Assembly (NCBI GenBank): GCA_964547185.1 | Contig: CAZJMG010000001.1 | Location: 61,233 to 125,232, forward strand | Origin: an uncultured Sphaerochaeta sp. | GTDB taxonomy: Bacteria > Spirochaetota > Spirochaetia > Sphaerochaetales > Sphaerochaetaceae | Direction: 5' to 3' | Length of the DNA stretch: 64,000 bases | Part shown: in pieces, positions 34,776-42,963 of the stretch | Layout of the letters: the number at the start of each line of letters is the position of its first letter | Numbering within the stretch: the first letter of the stretch is position 1 | Notes under the pieces: model-generated | The model's database searches: none | What the model was told of the DNA's origin: nothing | What the model saw: only the letters and a program-made list of their open reading frames with translations | Program-made: the position numbers and the translations under genes

Positions 34776-35861
34776 ATGCTAACGAAGGAAATTATCCAAC
34801 GCATTCCCAAAGTGGAATTACACGACCATCTTGACGGCGGACTCAGAATACAGACCATCTTGGAACTAGCAGAGGAATATGACGTTAAGCTTCCAAGCAA
34901 CGACCCTCAAGAATTGCACGATTGGTTCATCCGTGGGTGCAAACAAAAAAGCCTCAAACTATACCTTGAGCCTTTCTCTGTAACCACTAAAGTAATGCAA
35001 ACCCAAAAAGCCCTTAAGAGAGTAGCGTTCGAAGCTGTACAAGATTTGGCGAAAGAAAATGTCTGCTATGCCGAAATTAGGTTTGCCCCTATTCTCCATA
35101 TACAGGGAGGCCTCAGTCTTGAGCAGGTTGTACAGGCCGTACTCGATGGCCTTGACCAAGGAAAGCGCCATACAGGTATGCCTACCGGCTTGATTCTCTG
35201 TGCCATGCGCAACCAAAGCCCGGTTGTCAGCAAGACTATAGCAGAACTGGCTGTAGCGTTTGCAGACCGAGGAGTTGTTGGCTTTGACCTGGCAGGGGAT
35301 GAAATAGGCTATCCTCCCAAGAAACACCTTGATGCATTTCAATTTATCAGAAACAAGAACTTCAACATCACTATTCATGCTGGAGAAGCCTTCGGTGTTG
35401 AATCAATCTGGCAGGCAATCCAACTATGCGGGGCTCATCGAATCGGCCATGGCGTGCGCCTGGTGGAGGATATGGGTCTGCAGGGAAGCAGGATCGAGGA
35501 GATGGGATCTTTGGCTAATTTCATCCTTGACAGGCGCATCCCGATGGAGATGTGCCTGACCAGCAATGTGGGAACAGGAGCGGCCAAGGACTATGCAAGC
35601 CATCCCTTCCCGATTTTCTTCAGGAACAAGTTCAGGGTTTTCCTCTCAAGCGACAACCGTCTGATGAGTGACACAAACCTCACTAAGGAAATGGAATTGG
35701 CTGTTCAATATTACAATCTCAGTCTCAGGGATTTGGAGAAGATTACGATCAACGCGATGAAGAGTGCATTCATCCACCATGACCAGAAACTCTCCATCAT
35801 CTATGACGTTATCAAAAAGCAATACTCTGATATTCGTCAGCAATATGGGGTGCTGGACTAG
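34776..35861 (+). CDS. add: adenosine deaminase
   Basis: MLTKEIIQRIPKVELHDHLDGG (HxHLDG metal site), IHAGE, SSDNRLMS (SxDDP-like). Alternative ATG 34758. The ORF is open from 34653. Confidence 0.9.
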   Translation: MLTKEIIQRIPKVELHDHLDGGLRIQTILELAEEYDVKLPSNDPQELHDWFIRGCKQKSLKLYLEPFSVTTKVMQTQKALKRVAFEAVQDLAKENVCYAEIRFAPILHIQGGLSLEQVVQAVLDGLDQGKRHTGMPTGLILCAMRNQSPVVSKTIAELAVAFADRGVVGFDLAGDEIGYPPKKHLDAFQFIRNKNFNITIHAGEAFGVESIWQAIQLCGAHRIGHGVRLVEDMGLQGSRIEEMGSLANFILDRRIPMEMCLTSNVGTGAAKDYASHPFPIFFRNKFRVFLSSDNRLMSDTNLTKEMELAVQYYNLSLRDLEKITINAMKSAFIHHDQKLSIIYDVIKKQYSDIRQQYGVLD

Positions 35862-36496
35862 AGGGTGCGCTTGAACACCTCGATCGGATTGATTCTCATC
35901 CTGATCCTACAGTACAGATAGCCGAATACCAATCCGCTGAGATGGGTCAGGTGTGCTACATTTCCACCACGCCCCAAGACATGGCTGGACAGTTCGATAA
36001 TCGCGTACAGAATAACCAATATGGGAGCGCGTACAGGAATAATCCCGAATACAAAGATGACCGAGTATGGAAAGAAAACCGCAAACATCAACAGTACTCC
36101 GTAAATCGCTCCTGAGGCTCCTACGAGTATGACATTTGTACCGGCCAAATAATAACTTATAAAGCTGGCAAGGCCGGAAAAGAACCCTGTCAAGAGGTAG
36201 AAAAGCAGAAATTCCTTGCTTCCGATGCGCTTCTCCACCATGGCTCCGAATATGAGCAAGCTGAGCATGTTGAACAGCAGGTGATTAAAGCTTCCGTGCA
36301 CAAACATGTAGGTGAACAGCTGATAGACATAGCCACTGAGCACGAAGGAAGGGATCATGGCCAGATAAAATCTACTTCTCGGATATATATAAAAAGTAAG
36401 CGCGTAGATAAGAACATTGATAAGAATCAACTTGAAGGTATATCTTCTATAAACTGTATCCCGGAATCGCCGGTTCAATAAAGTACTCTTTTTCAT
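35858..36496 (-). CDS. rhomboid-family intramembrane serine protease
   Basis: HGSFNHLLFNMLSL, GASGAIYGVL (catalytic Ser), AHLTHLSGLVFG (catalytic His). Start is uncertain (ATG 36496, 36502 or 36550; ORF max 36571). Confidence 0.88.
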   Translation of the reverse strand: MKKSTLLNRRFRDTVYRRYTFKLILINVLIYALTFYIYPRSRFYLAMIPSFVLSGYVYQLFTYMFVHGSFNHLLFNMLSLLIFGAMVEKRIGSKEFLLFYLLTGFFSGLASFISYYLAGTNVILVGASGAIYGVLLMFAVFFPYSVIFVFGIIPVRAPILVILYAIIELSSHVLGRGGNVAHLTHLSGLVFGYLYCRIRMRINPIEVFKRTL

Positions 36497-36630
36497 ATGC
36501 ATACAGTATAAAGACAATGACGTATCGTCAATTGTGTAATTTTTGCGCATTTTTTTCAGGTGTGCAAACAATACACACTTCTGAATTGCAGAAATCCTTA
36601 AATATGCACTCTATTTGTAGGTTTTACTCT

Positions 36631-36646
36631 TGGCATGGTTATTGCA
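36631..36646 (+). promoter_or_regulatory. sigma-54 (-24/-12) promoter of sRNA candidate 1
   Basis: TGGCATggttaTTGCA in non-coding DNA. Upstream 10-mer AGGTGTGCAA at 36558-36567, within GTGTG-N9-CACAC. Confidence 0.7.
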
Positions 36647-36656
36647 TTGATATTAT

Positions 36657-36752
36657 CAGAACAGAGCAACATTTTTTTCATACTCCTCCTTTTTAATACC
36701 GACAGGGTGCCAAGAGATTTACCCCAATCAGCTTTTGGCACCCTCCTTTTTT
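36657..36752 (+). ncRNA. candidate sigma-54-dependent small RNA 1 (~96 nt)
   Basis: Predicted +1 block CAGAACAGAGCAACA, a U-run, unpaired CUCCUCC (36683-36689), a 12-bp terminator stem 36705-36716/36732-36743 with a C-rich loop, and T6 at 36747-36752. Contains no ATG. Confidence 0.55.
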
Positions 36753-36872
36753 GTCTAGAGGTGTGCAATTTTTCATATCTGTAACTTTTTTTCACACCCC
36801 CTTATCAACAGATTATGTACCAGACTTGTTTTTAAGTGATATTTTTATACTTTTAGTATTGTTTTATAGAGT

Positions 36873-36888
36873 TGGCATGCATGTTGCA
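36873..36888 (+). promoter_or_regulatory. sigma-54 (-24/-12) promoter of sRNA candidate 2
   Basis: TGGCATgcatgTTGCA. Upstream 10-mer AGGTGTGCAA at 36759-36768. Confidence 0.7.
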
Positions 36889-36898
36889 TTATAATAGT

Positions 36899-37003
36899 CA
36901 GAACAGAGCAACAGTTTTTTTCAAACCTCCTTAAAGTGTGATTTCTTTGATGCCAGCGGTACTCTCTCCCCACCCCACAATACCGCTGGCATCATCTTTT
37001 TTT
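36899..37003 (+). ncRNA. candidate sigma-54-dependent small RNA 2 (~105 nt), paralogue of candidate 1
   Basis: Same 15-nt block CAGAACAGAGCAACA at the same distance from the -12 box, a U-run, CCUCC (36926-36930), a 13-bp perfect stem 36949-36961/36981-36993 with loop CUCCCCACCCCAC, and T7 at 36997-37003. Confidence 0.55.
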
Positions 37004-37046
37004 GTAAACACTTCCGACTATCGCCAATGTTTGCTATAGTCAAGCT

Positions 37047-37652
37047 ATGGCAACAAGCAGAAGAGACCGTGCAGATTCTTACACCAAACGTGCACAAAAA
37101 GAAGGCTACCCCGCCCGTTCCGTCTATAAACTGGAAGAGCTACAACAACATTTTTCCTTAATCAGAAGTGGAGATACAGTTCTTGATGTAGGAGCAGCTC
37201 CAGGATCATGGACACTCTATACCCACAACAAACTCATAAAGGGGAGAGGAAAGATAGTCGCAGTAGATCTGAATCCTTTGAACCTCAACCCAATTCCTCA
37301 TACGGTAACAGCCTTTATAGGGGATGCTTTTTCAAAAGAGATAAGAGCACACCTCATCGAGCAGGGGCCTTATGACGCTATTATCAGTGATGCAGCTCCC
37401 ATGACCATGGGCAACCGAAGTGTGGACACCGCACGGAGCGAAAACTTAGCAGAACAAGTCATCTATCTGGCAAAAGAGCATCTAAAAACTCATGGGAACA
37501 TGGTAGTAAAAATTTTCCAAGGGGGTGGACAAGTAGAACTCCTAAAGCTTATGCGTACAATTTTTACAAAAGTAAAACCCTACAAACCAAAGGCTTGTAG
37601 GGATGACTCGTTTGAAATCTATTTGGTCGGTCTGGATAAAAAAGAAAGCTGA
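37047..37652 (+). CDS. rlmE: 23S rRNA (uridine2552-2'-O)-methyltransferase RlmE/FtsJ
   Basis: YTKRAQKEGYPARSVYKLEEL, VLDVGAAPGSW, SDAAP, VVKIFQG: canonical FtsJ motifs. Confidence 0.92.
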   Translation: MATSRRDRADSYTKRAQKEGYPARSVYKLEELQQHFSLIRSGDTVLDVGAAPGSWTLYTHNKLIKGRGKIVAVDLNPLNLNPIPHTVTAFIGDAFSKEIRAHLIEQGPYDAIISDAAPMTMGNRSVDTARSENLAEQVIYLAKEHLKTHGNMVVKIFQGGGQVELLKLMRTIFTKVKPYKPKACRDDSFEIYLVGLDKKES

Positions 37653-38288
37653 TCAGGCTTTCTTTGCCCTTGCCAAGTTTTTCGCAGCCCCTGGATTGTC
37701 CACAAGACTCAATACATGAGTAAATGCAGAAACAGCACCTGCAGCATCCTGAAAATGATCCAACAACAAACATCCCAGACCGTTTGCCGCTTCTACGCAG
37801 GTTGGATCAGCATCGATACACAACTGATACAGCTCTACAGCTTTTTTGGGATTCTCTTCACTCAAGGAATTGGCTTGGTCAAGCATCTTGTATGCTCCAA
37901 GAGCCTTCTCAAACCGAAGAGGATCTTCAAGCAGCTGTAGGCGCAGATTAATCAGTGCAAGTTCTTTTGATGGAGGGTCATCCTCTTTCGCTGCTGCATA
38001 CCAACGAACTGCACTCTGACCATCGCCTCGCAAATAGGAGATATCTCCCAAAAGTCGGCAAAGTCGCAGACTTTCTCCATATCGAGCCACTGTTTCAACA
38101 AGCTGATCATACGCTTGTTGCTCTCTCTTTTGCCCAAGGGCAATGAGGGCAAGATTGTACTCGAGCCCCATTGACGGTCCGCTGTGATGCATCAGTTTTC
38201 GGGTATGGTGTTCTGCCTCGGTCCAACGATGTTGAACCATTGCATTGAGCATACGTCTTTGGTGATACCAATGAATAGGATCCATCAC
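37653..38288 (-). CDS. tetratricopeptide (TPR) repeat protein
   Basis: 211 aa of helical repeats with a TPR-like A/Y/L pattern (AVRWYAAAKEDDP, AVELYQLCIDADP). AAGGAG RBS. Lies downstream of the GntP gene on the same strand. Confidence 0.7.
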   Translation of the reverse strand: MMDPIHWYHQRRMLNAMVQHRWTEAEHHTRKLMHHSGPSMGLEYNLALIALGQKREQQAYDQLVETVARYGESLRLCRLLGDISYLRGDGQSAVRWYAAAKEDDPPSKELALINLRLQLLEDPLRFEKALGAYKMLDQANSLSEENPKKAVELYQLCIDADPTCVEAANGLGCLLLDHFQDAAGAVSAFTHVLSLVDNPGAAKNLARAKKA

Positions 38289-38342
38289 AACTCCTTATAA
38301 GCGGGTGCTGAACTGAAAGCCCAACACCCTAAGTACTACACT

Positions 38343-39686
38343 TTAGAGAACAAACAGTCCAATGATCATCAAGATTACAATAGTGGTAATACCCTGCACA
38401 AGAGTCACACCGGTTTGGGTCTTGTACGCAGTCTTGGTATCCATATCGGAGAACTGAGACACAACCCAGAAGTAACTGTCGTTTGCATGGGACACGGTCA
38501 TGGAACCTGCTCCGATGGACAACAGGGCAAGAACTTTTGCCATTTCACTGGTCCAGCCAAGCTGACCCATCAACGGAGCCATCATGGCACTGGTGACGAT
38601 CATGGCAACAGTGGAAGCGCCCATGGCACTCTTGAGCAACGCTGCAATAATGAAAGGAATCAGAAGACCAGCATTGAGCTGCATCAAACTGCCAGAAAGA
38701 ACCTCGGCAATCGGCAAGCTTCTCAGGACTGCTCCAAACGCACCACCGGCTCCGGTGATTGCCAGAATCGAAGCAGAGCTCTGGATTCCATCACTGATCC
38801 AAGCAAACGCAGTACCTTTCTTTTCACTTTTGGGAATCAAGGTTACAGCAAGACCGACACCAAAGAGCAAGGCTGTAACCGGGTTACCGATGAAGTCAAA
38901 GAATGCTTTGAGAGCGCCCTCTCCAAGAGGAGCAGAAGGGAAATCGGCCACTGACTTGAGTGCAATCAGAATGATAGGAAGCAGGATCGGAGCAAAAGAA
39001 CGCATAGCATTAGGCAGCTTGCCATACTTTTCCACCAACTCTTCCAAGGAAACCTCTGGATTAGCAGGAATGTCGAACTTGCTGGAAATCTTCAAGGAGT
39101 AGAGATAGCCAACAAGCATGACAGGAATTGAAACCAACAATCCTACCAAAATTACCAAACCCAAGTCAGCCTGCAAGGTACCGGCCATAATAATCGGACC
39201 AGGAGTTGGGGGGACCAAGCAGTGTGTTGCATACAGGCCGGAACTCAAACAAGTCGCCATGACAGCAAGAGAGACGCCAGACTTCGCTGCAAGAGCACGA
39301 TTGATGGGAGAAAGAATGACAAACCCTGAGTCACAAAACACTGGGATACTGACAATATATCCAGTCAAGCTCATGGTCAAAGGAGCGCGCTTTTTCCCTA
39401 CCAAGCCCAAAATGGCATTGGCCATGGTCAACGCAGCACCGGTCTTTTCAAGAATGGTCCCAATGATTGTTCCTGCAATGATGACAATACCGATGCTTCC
39501 CAGGATTGAGCCGAACCCCGAAGTCAATGTGCTGATAAGCTTATCGACAGGAATCCCACCGAGCACCCCGACAAAATAACCTGCAAGCAACAGTACGATG
39601 AATGGATGCCACTTGAACCGTGAGATCAAGAGTATCATTCCTACGATAGCGACAATGATGATTAGAAATAGATACCATCCTGCCAT
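38343..39686 (-). CDS. GntP-family (gluconate/acid-sugar:H+) permease
   Basis: 447 aa, about 12-14 TM. GntP-like N-terminus (LFLIIIVAIVGMILLISRFKWHPFIVLL) and the conserved SHANDSYFW segment. Confidence 0.9.
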   Translation of the reverse strand: MAGWYLFLIIIVAIVGMILLISRFKWHPFIVLLLAGYFVGVLGGIPVDKLISTLTSGFGSILGSIGIVIIAGTIIGTILEKTGAALTMANAILGLVGKKRAPLTMSLTGYIVSIPVFCDSGFVILSPINRALAAKSGVSLAVMATCLSSGLYATHCLVPPTPGPIIMAGTLQADLGLVILVGLLVSIPVMLVGYLYSLKISSKFDIPANPEVSLEELVEKYGKLPNAMRSFAPILLPIILIALKSVADFPSAPLGEGALKAFFDFIGNPVTALLFGVGLAVTLIPKSEKKGTAFAWISDGIQSSASILAITGAGGAFGAVLRSLPIAEVLSGSLMQLNAGLLIPFIIAALLKSAMGASTVAMIVTSAMMAPLMGQLGWTSEMAKVLALLSIGAGSMTVSHANDSYFWVVSQFSDMDTKTAYKTQTGVTLVQGITTIVILMIIGLFVL

Positions 39687-39720
39687 GTTTTCCTCCTACA
39701 CAATATCGTGTTTTTTATCC

Positions 39721-40551
39721 TTACAAAATAAGGCTTGAGCCGGTTGTATTTTCAAAGTGAATCTTTGAACCTCTTGTAGCTTTTTCAATCGCCAAGGAAC
39801 CGCTGCAGTGATTAATTCCCAACACTGCGATTCCTTCTTCTTTGAATGCAGAAAGCGTCTGGTCAATACGCAAGGCATCAGCCTCCACGAGGTGTGTTCC
39901 TCCAAGCAATGCATAAATAGGTTTCTTGAACGTCTCTTTGACATGATCAATCATGTTCAGAATTCCAGGATGGGAACATCCAACAATGACAATCAAGCCT
40001 TTATTCGATTCAACTACCATCAACACTTCATCTTCGAAAAGATCGGCCTTCCACTGATCCCCATCAGGAAGAACAAACCGTGAATGAATAGTTTCCTCAG
40101 TATGAATTCTCTTGAATCCACCCACTACAAAGACTCCATCGGCCACCTCTTTAACCGTTTTGACCGTCTGGTGCGCAATTCCCCGCCTGAGTAGATACTG
40201 TTGATCAAAATCATTTCCCAAATACTGATAGCTTGCATTGAAGCGTGCATACTTTTTGTCAAAGAAGCCCTCTCCCGTAATCAGATCAAAACATCGGTCG
40301 CTCCTTGACTGTACAAACGAACTGAATCCCCCACTATGATCATAATGACCATGGCTGAGCACTACATGCTCTACGCCATCAAGGTTCTTACCCAGTTTTT
40401 TGGCATTTGCAAGTAATGCCTCGCTCCGTCCGGTATCAAAAAGGACGGAAGTCTTCTCTGTCTCAATCAAGAAAGAGAGACCATGTTCAATTATCAGTGC
40501 TGTGTGCTCCCCTTGGTTGTTTTCCACCAAGGTGGTTATCTCTATTGCCAT
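39721..40551 (-). CDS. MBL-fold metallo-hydrolase
   Basis: HVVLSHGHYDHSGG (HxHxDH motif). ATG 40551 (MAIEITTLVENN) has AAGG upstream. The ORF-track start 40557 is TTG. Confidence 0.85.
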   Translation of the reverse strand: MAIEITTLVENNQGEHTALIIEHGLSFLIETEKTSVLFDTGRSEALLANAKKLGKNLDGVEHVVLSHGHYDHSGGFSSFVQSRSDRCFDLITGEGFFDKKYARFNASYQYLGNDFDQQYLLRRGIAHQTVKTVKEVADGVFVVGGFKRIHTEETIHSRFVLPDGDQWKADLFEDEVLMVVESNKGLIVIVGCSHPGILNMIDHVKETFKKPIYALLGGTHLVEADALRIDQTLSAFKEEGIAVLGINHCSGSLAIEKATRGSKIHFENTTGSSLIL

Positions 40552-40579
40552 ATCCAAACCTTCATAAATGTGTCTTGCA

Positions 40580-40613
40580 TGTCAGAGGTCTGACAAGTTA
40601 CTAACACAGTAAC
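40580..40613 (-). promoter_or_regulatory. two adjacent palindromes in the MBL-GntP operon leader (candidate operators)
   Basis: TGTCAG-aggt-CTGACA (40580-40595) and GTTACT-aacac-AGTAAC (40597-40613). A minus-strand TTGACA-17-TACTGT promoter-like element overlaps the second palindrome. Confidence 0.35.
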
Positions 40614-40921
40614 CCGACATTTTCTCTTTGTCAAATATAAATTTTATTTTTTATTCTAGGACTGTCTCGCATATGATTTTTGCCTGTCTATTTGAGAAAT
40701 GTGGTTTATCTATGTACGCATCCATGGCGTACAAGGGCAGAATTCTCTCAGAAACTCCCAAATTTGTACAGAAAAGGAAGGCTGGACCTACTGGGGTTGA
40801 GAGTCGGCTGGGAGGTACAGTGTAAAAGCTTACAGATGGTTACATTACAGGATGGTGTCTACTTCGAGAAACCTAAGTTGTGGAAAAATGTATGCTGTAT
40901 CTATTTCTTTACAAGGAAAGC

Positions 40922-41005
40922 ATTTACTAATCCTCCCAATTAATTTCTACTTTTTGGGTCAATAAATATTTACTAATCCTCCCAATTTATTTCTACTTTT
41001 TGGGT
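40922..41005. repeat. 38-nt direct repeat x2 (46-nt period, 1 mismatch)
   Basis: ATTTACTAATCCTCCCAATT(A/T)ATTTCTACTTTTTGGGT at 40922-40959 and 40968-41005, in a non-coding, low-GC stretch. Confidence 0.85.
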
Positions 41006-41115
41006 TAGTTTTAGTTGTTTGATACGATTTGGATGTTTGAAGCCCTGATACTGAAGTCGTTTCCAGCAGAAAAGCAGCTTCCTGAAAGCACATACTCACG
41101 TGCTCATACCACCCT

Positions 41116-41437
41116 CTATTCTTTTGCTTCTATTTCCCAATAGCCATAGCGCTTACCGCCTTTACGGGTAAGCACATTGGTCTGTATCATGCCGGTCATA
41201 ACGTGCTTAATTGTAGACAGAGAGGTTTCAAGCTGATCAGAAAGCTCACGTTGATTGATTCGGGATTTCTTTTGTAACCGCCTGATTGAGAAGGCTTTCG
41301 TCGAAGCCACAGTCGTAGTAACCGTCAAGGATGGGTGAGTAATAGCAGTATCGTCGTTTCGGGCGCAGATGATGTTCACGAACTTCCTGATTGAACGGGG
41401 ATATCAGCCTGTTCAGCCACCACAACAAGGGCCGCAA
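41116..41437 (-). pseudogene. remnant of a gene encoding a C-terminal winged-helix (wHTH) domain protein, frame-disrupted and truncated
   Basis: Two overlapping frames (41246..41437 and 41116..41379). The second ends in ..INQRELSDQLETSLSTIKHVMTGMIQTNVLTRKGGKRYGYWEI, typical of C-terminal wHTH tails. There is no intact N-terminal domain and no RBS. Confidence 0.4.
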
Positions 41438-41612
41438 GCCGGCGGAGGACTATCAGTCATGAGATTGTGGGAGAAACAGGCGAGCTTGAACAAGCCTCAT
41501 CCGACATACTTTGCTGGGAAAGAGAGACCCATAAGGCCCACAGGGCTGCCTACCACAGATTCTAGAGGGAGGAAAAAATCATTTACGAGATACAAAAAAA
41601 AATTTATTTTTT

Positions 41613-42311
41613 TTACTCTAGGGAACCGAAATGGTGTTGGATATCCACCAGAGCCTTGGAAAGATGTTCTTCCATGGCAAGAGAAGCGGCATTTTCATCA
41701 TGATTGAGAATTGCATCAAGCAAACGACCATGCTCTGCAATCGATGCTTGCAGTCGGCCTGGGGCATGCAAAGAGGCGTACCAACCTTCGTTGAGCGTTT
41801 GCTCCATTGTCTTCATCAAAACTGTGAGCGTTCGGTTTTTCGTAGCTTTTGCCACAGCAAGATGAAAAGCACTGTCATGTGCGATGGCTTGAAGAACATC
41901 TCCCGACTCAACCGTTTTTACAAATGAGTCATAGAGGTTTTTAAGAGAATCAATGTCTTTTTGTTCCGCCCTTCTGCACGCAACAGCTGCAGCATGAGGC
42001 TCGATTAAAAGCCGTACCTCAAAATGCTCACGCAACGCTTCAGCATTTTCCACTACCCACTTCTTTACAGGATGCTCAGAATCCTGTACCTCACTGATAA
42101 ATACTCCCTTGCCTTGATAGACCTTGACTATCCCGGAAACCTCAAGCATCCTAAGTGCTTCACGAATGGAAGATCGACTTACTTCAAGCTTTTTTACAAG
42201 TTCTTTCTCACTGTACAGTCTATCCCCGGGTTTTAGTTGCTCGGTTTGTATTATCTCTTTGATTGCATCGGTTACCATCACCGACAAACGTTCTTTTTTT
42301 AAGGATTGCAT
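41613..42311 (-). CDS. GntR-family transcriptional regulator, FadR/FCD subfamily
   Basis: N-terminal wHTH (GDRLYSEKELVKKLEVSRSSIREALRMLEVSGIV) plus a helical FCD domain with His residues. Confidence 0.9.
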   Translation of the reverse strand: MQSLKKERLSVMVTDAIKEIIQTEQLKPGDRLYSEKELVKKLEVSRSSIREALRMLEVSGIVKVYQGKGVFISEVQDSEHPVKKWVVENAEALREHFEVRLLIEPHAAAVACRRAEQKDIDSLKNLYDSFVKTVESGDVLQAIAHDSAFHLAVAKATKNRTLTVLMKTMEQTLNEGWYASLHAPGRLQASIAEHGRLLDAILNHDENAASLAMEEHLSKALVDIQHHFGSLE

Positions 42312-42394
42312 GGCCTATCCTAGCGTGAAGCTGATAAATCTGCAAGATAATCAGCCTATGGAATTCCCTTGTAGATTCTTCTATACTAAGTACC

Positions 42395-42829
42395 ATGGAA
42401 AAAATACAGAACGTCGTCATCATCGACGGACAGGGCGGCAGCCTCGGAAAAGCCTTGGTGGAATCTATGAAAAGCAGATTCAAGTCCATACATGTTCTAG
42501 CTATCGGAACAAACAGCCTTGCGGCAAGCGCAATGCTCAGAAGTGGTGCTGACGCCATCGCCACCGGCGAAAACCCTGTGGTGGTCGCCTCTAGGAATGC
42601 AGATGTGATCATCGGCCCTCTGGGCATCATCACTGCCGATGCCTTGCACGGAGAAATCACCCCACTCATGGCTCTTTCCGTGGCACAAAGCAAAGCCCAT
42701 AAGATTCTTTTACCCATCAGCAAGTGCAACGTTTCTGTCGTCGGCAGAAAGAACCTAACACTGTCTGAGATGATTGACTTGGCAATGGAGGAAATTGCCC
42801 AGTATCTAGGCGAAAAAGAGCTTTCTTGA
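42395..42829 (+). CDS. DUF3842-like protein
   Basis: VVIIDGQGGSLGKALVE...AIGTNSLAASAMLRSGADAIATGENPVV matches my recollection of the DUF3842 pattern. 144 aa. Confidence 0.65.
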   Translation: MEKIQNVVIIDGQGGSLGKALVESMKSRFKSIHVLAIGTNSLAASAMLRSGADAIATGENPVVVASRNADVIIGPLGIITADALHGEITPLMALSVAQSKAHKILLPISKCNVSVVGRKNLTLSEMIDLAMEEIAQYLGEKELS

Positions 42830-42914
42830 CAACCTAAGTCGGATTGGATACAATACGCTCAATCTTGCTTCATGAAGAAGCATAATCCTGATAATTACCT
42901 ATTTACACACGAGA

Positions 42915-42963
42915 GCCATGAAGGCAAAGAAGGATGACAGTCCTTTGCTTTCATGGCTTTTTT
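42915..42963 (+). terminator. intrinsic terminator / attenuator hairpin overlapping the annotated start of the ABC ATPase gene
   Basis: 15-bp stem GCCATGAAGGCAAAG (42915-42929) / CTTTGCTTTCATGGC (42943-42957) followed by T6 (42958-42963). Upstream CTTGCTTCATG (42864-42874) can pair alternatively with the 5' arm. Confidence 0.6.

Noticed and set aside
36598-36795. A 65-aa minus-strand ORF in the rhomboid-rlmE spacer.
   Set aside because: It has no RBS and a basic low-complexity product. It spans the sigma-54 promoter, body and terminator hairpin of sRNA candidate 1 on the opposite strand, so the non-coding interpretation explains the sequence better.
38415-39579. Three plus-strand ORFs (179, 172 and 153 aa) across the GntP permease gene.
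   Set aside because: They are antisense shadows of a high-confidence polytopic permease gene, and their products are Gly/Arg/Pro/Thr-rich with no recognisable features.
40628-40943. ORFs 40628..40825 (65 aa) and 40680..40943 (87 aa) in the decayed region.
   Set aside because: They overlap each other, have no RBS and have implausible composition. The second runs into the 38-nt repeat. They are treated as non-coding, and the region is reported as a finding instead.
40922-41005. The 38-nt direct repeats as a mini CRISPR array.
   Set aside because: There are only two copies separated by 8 nt, so there is no spacer-sized unique segment. There are no cas genes and no palindromic repeat core.
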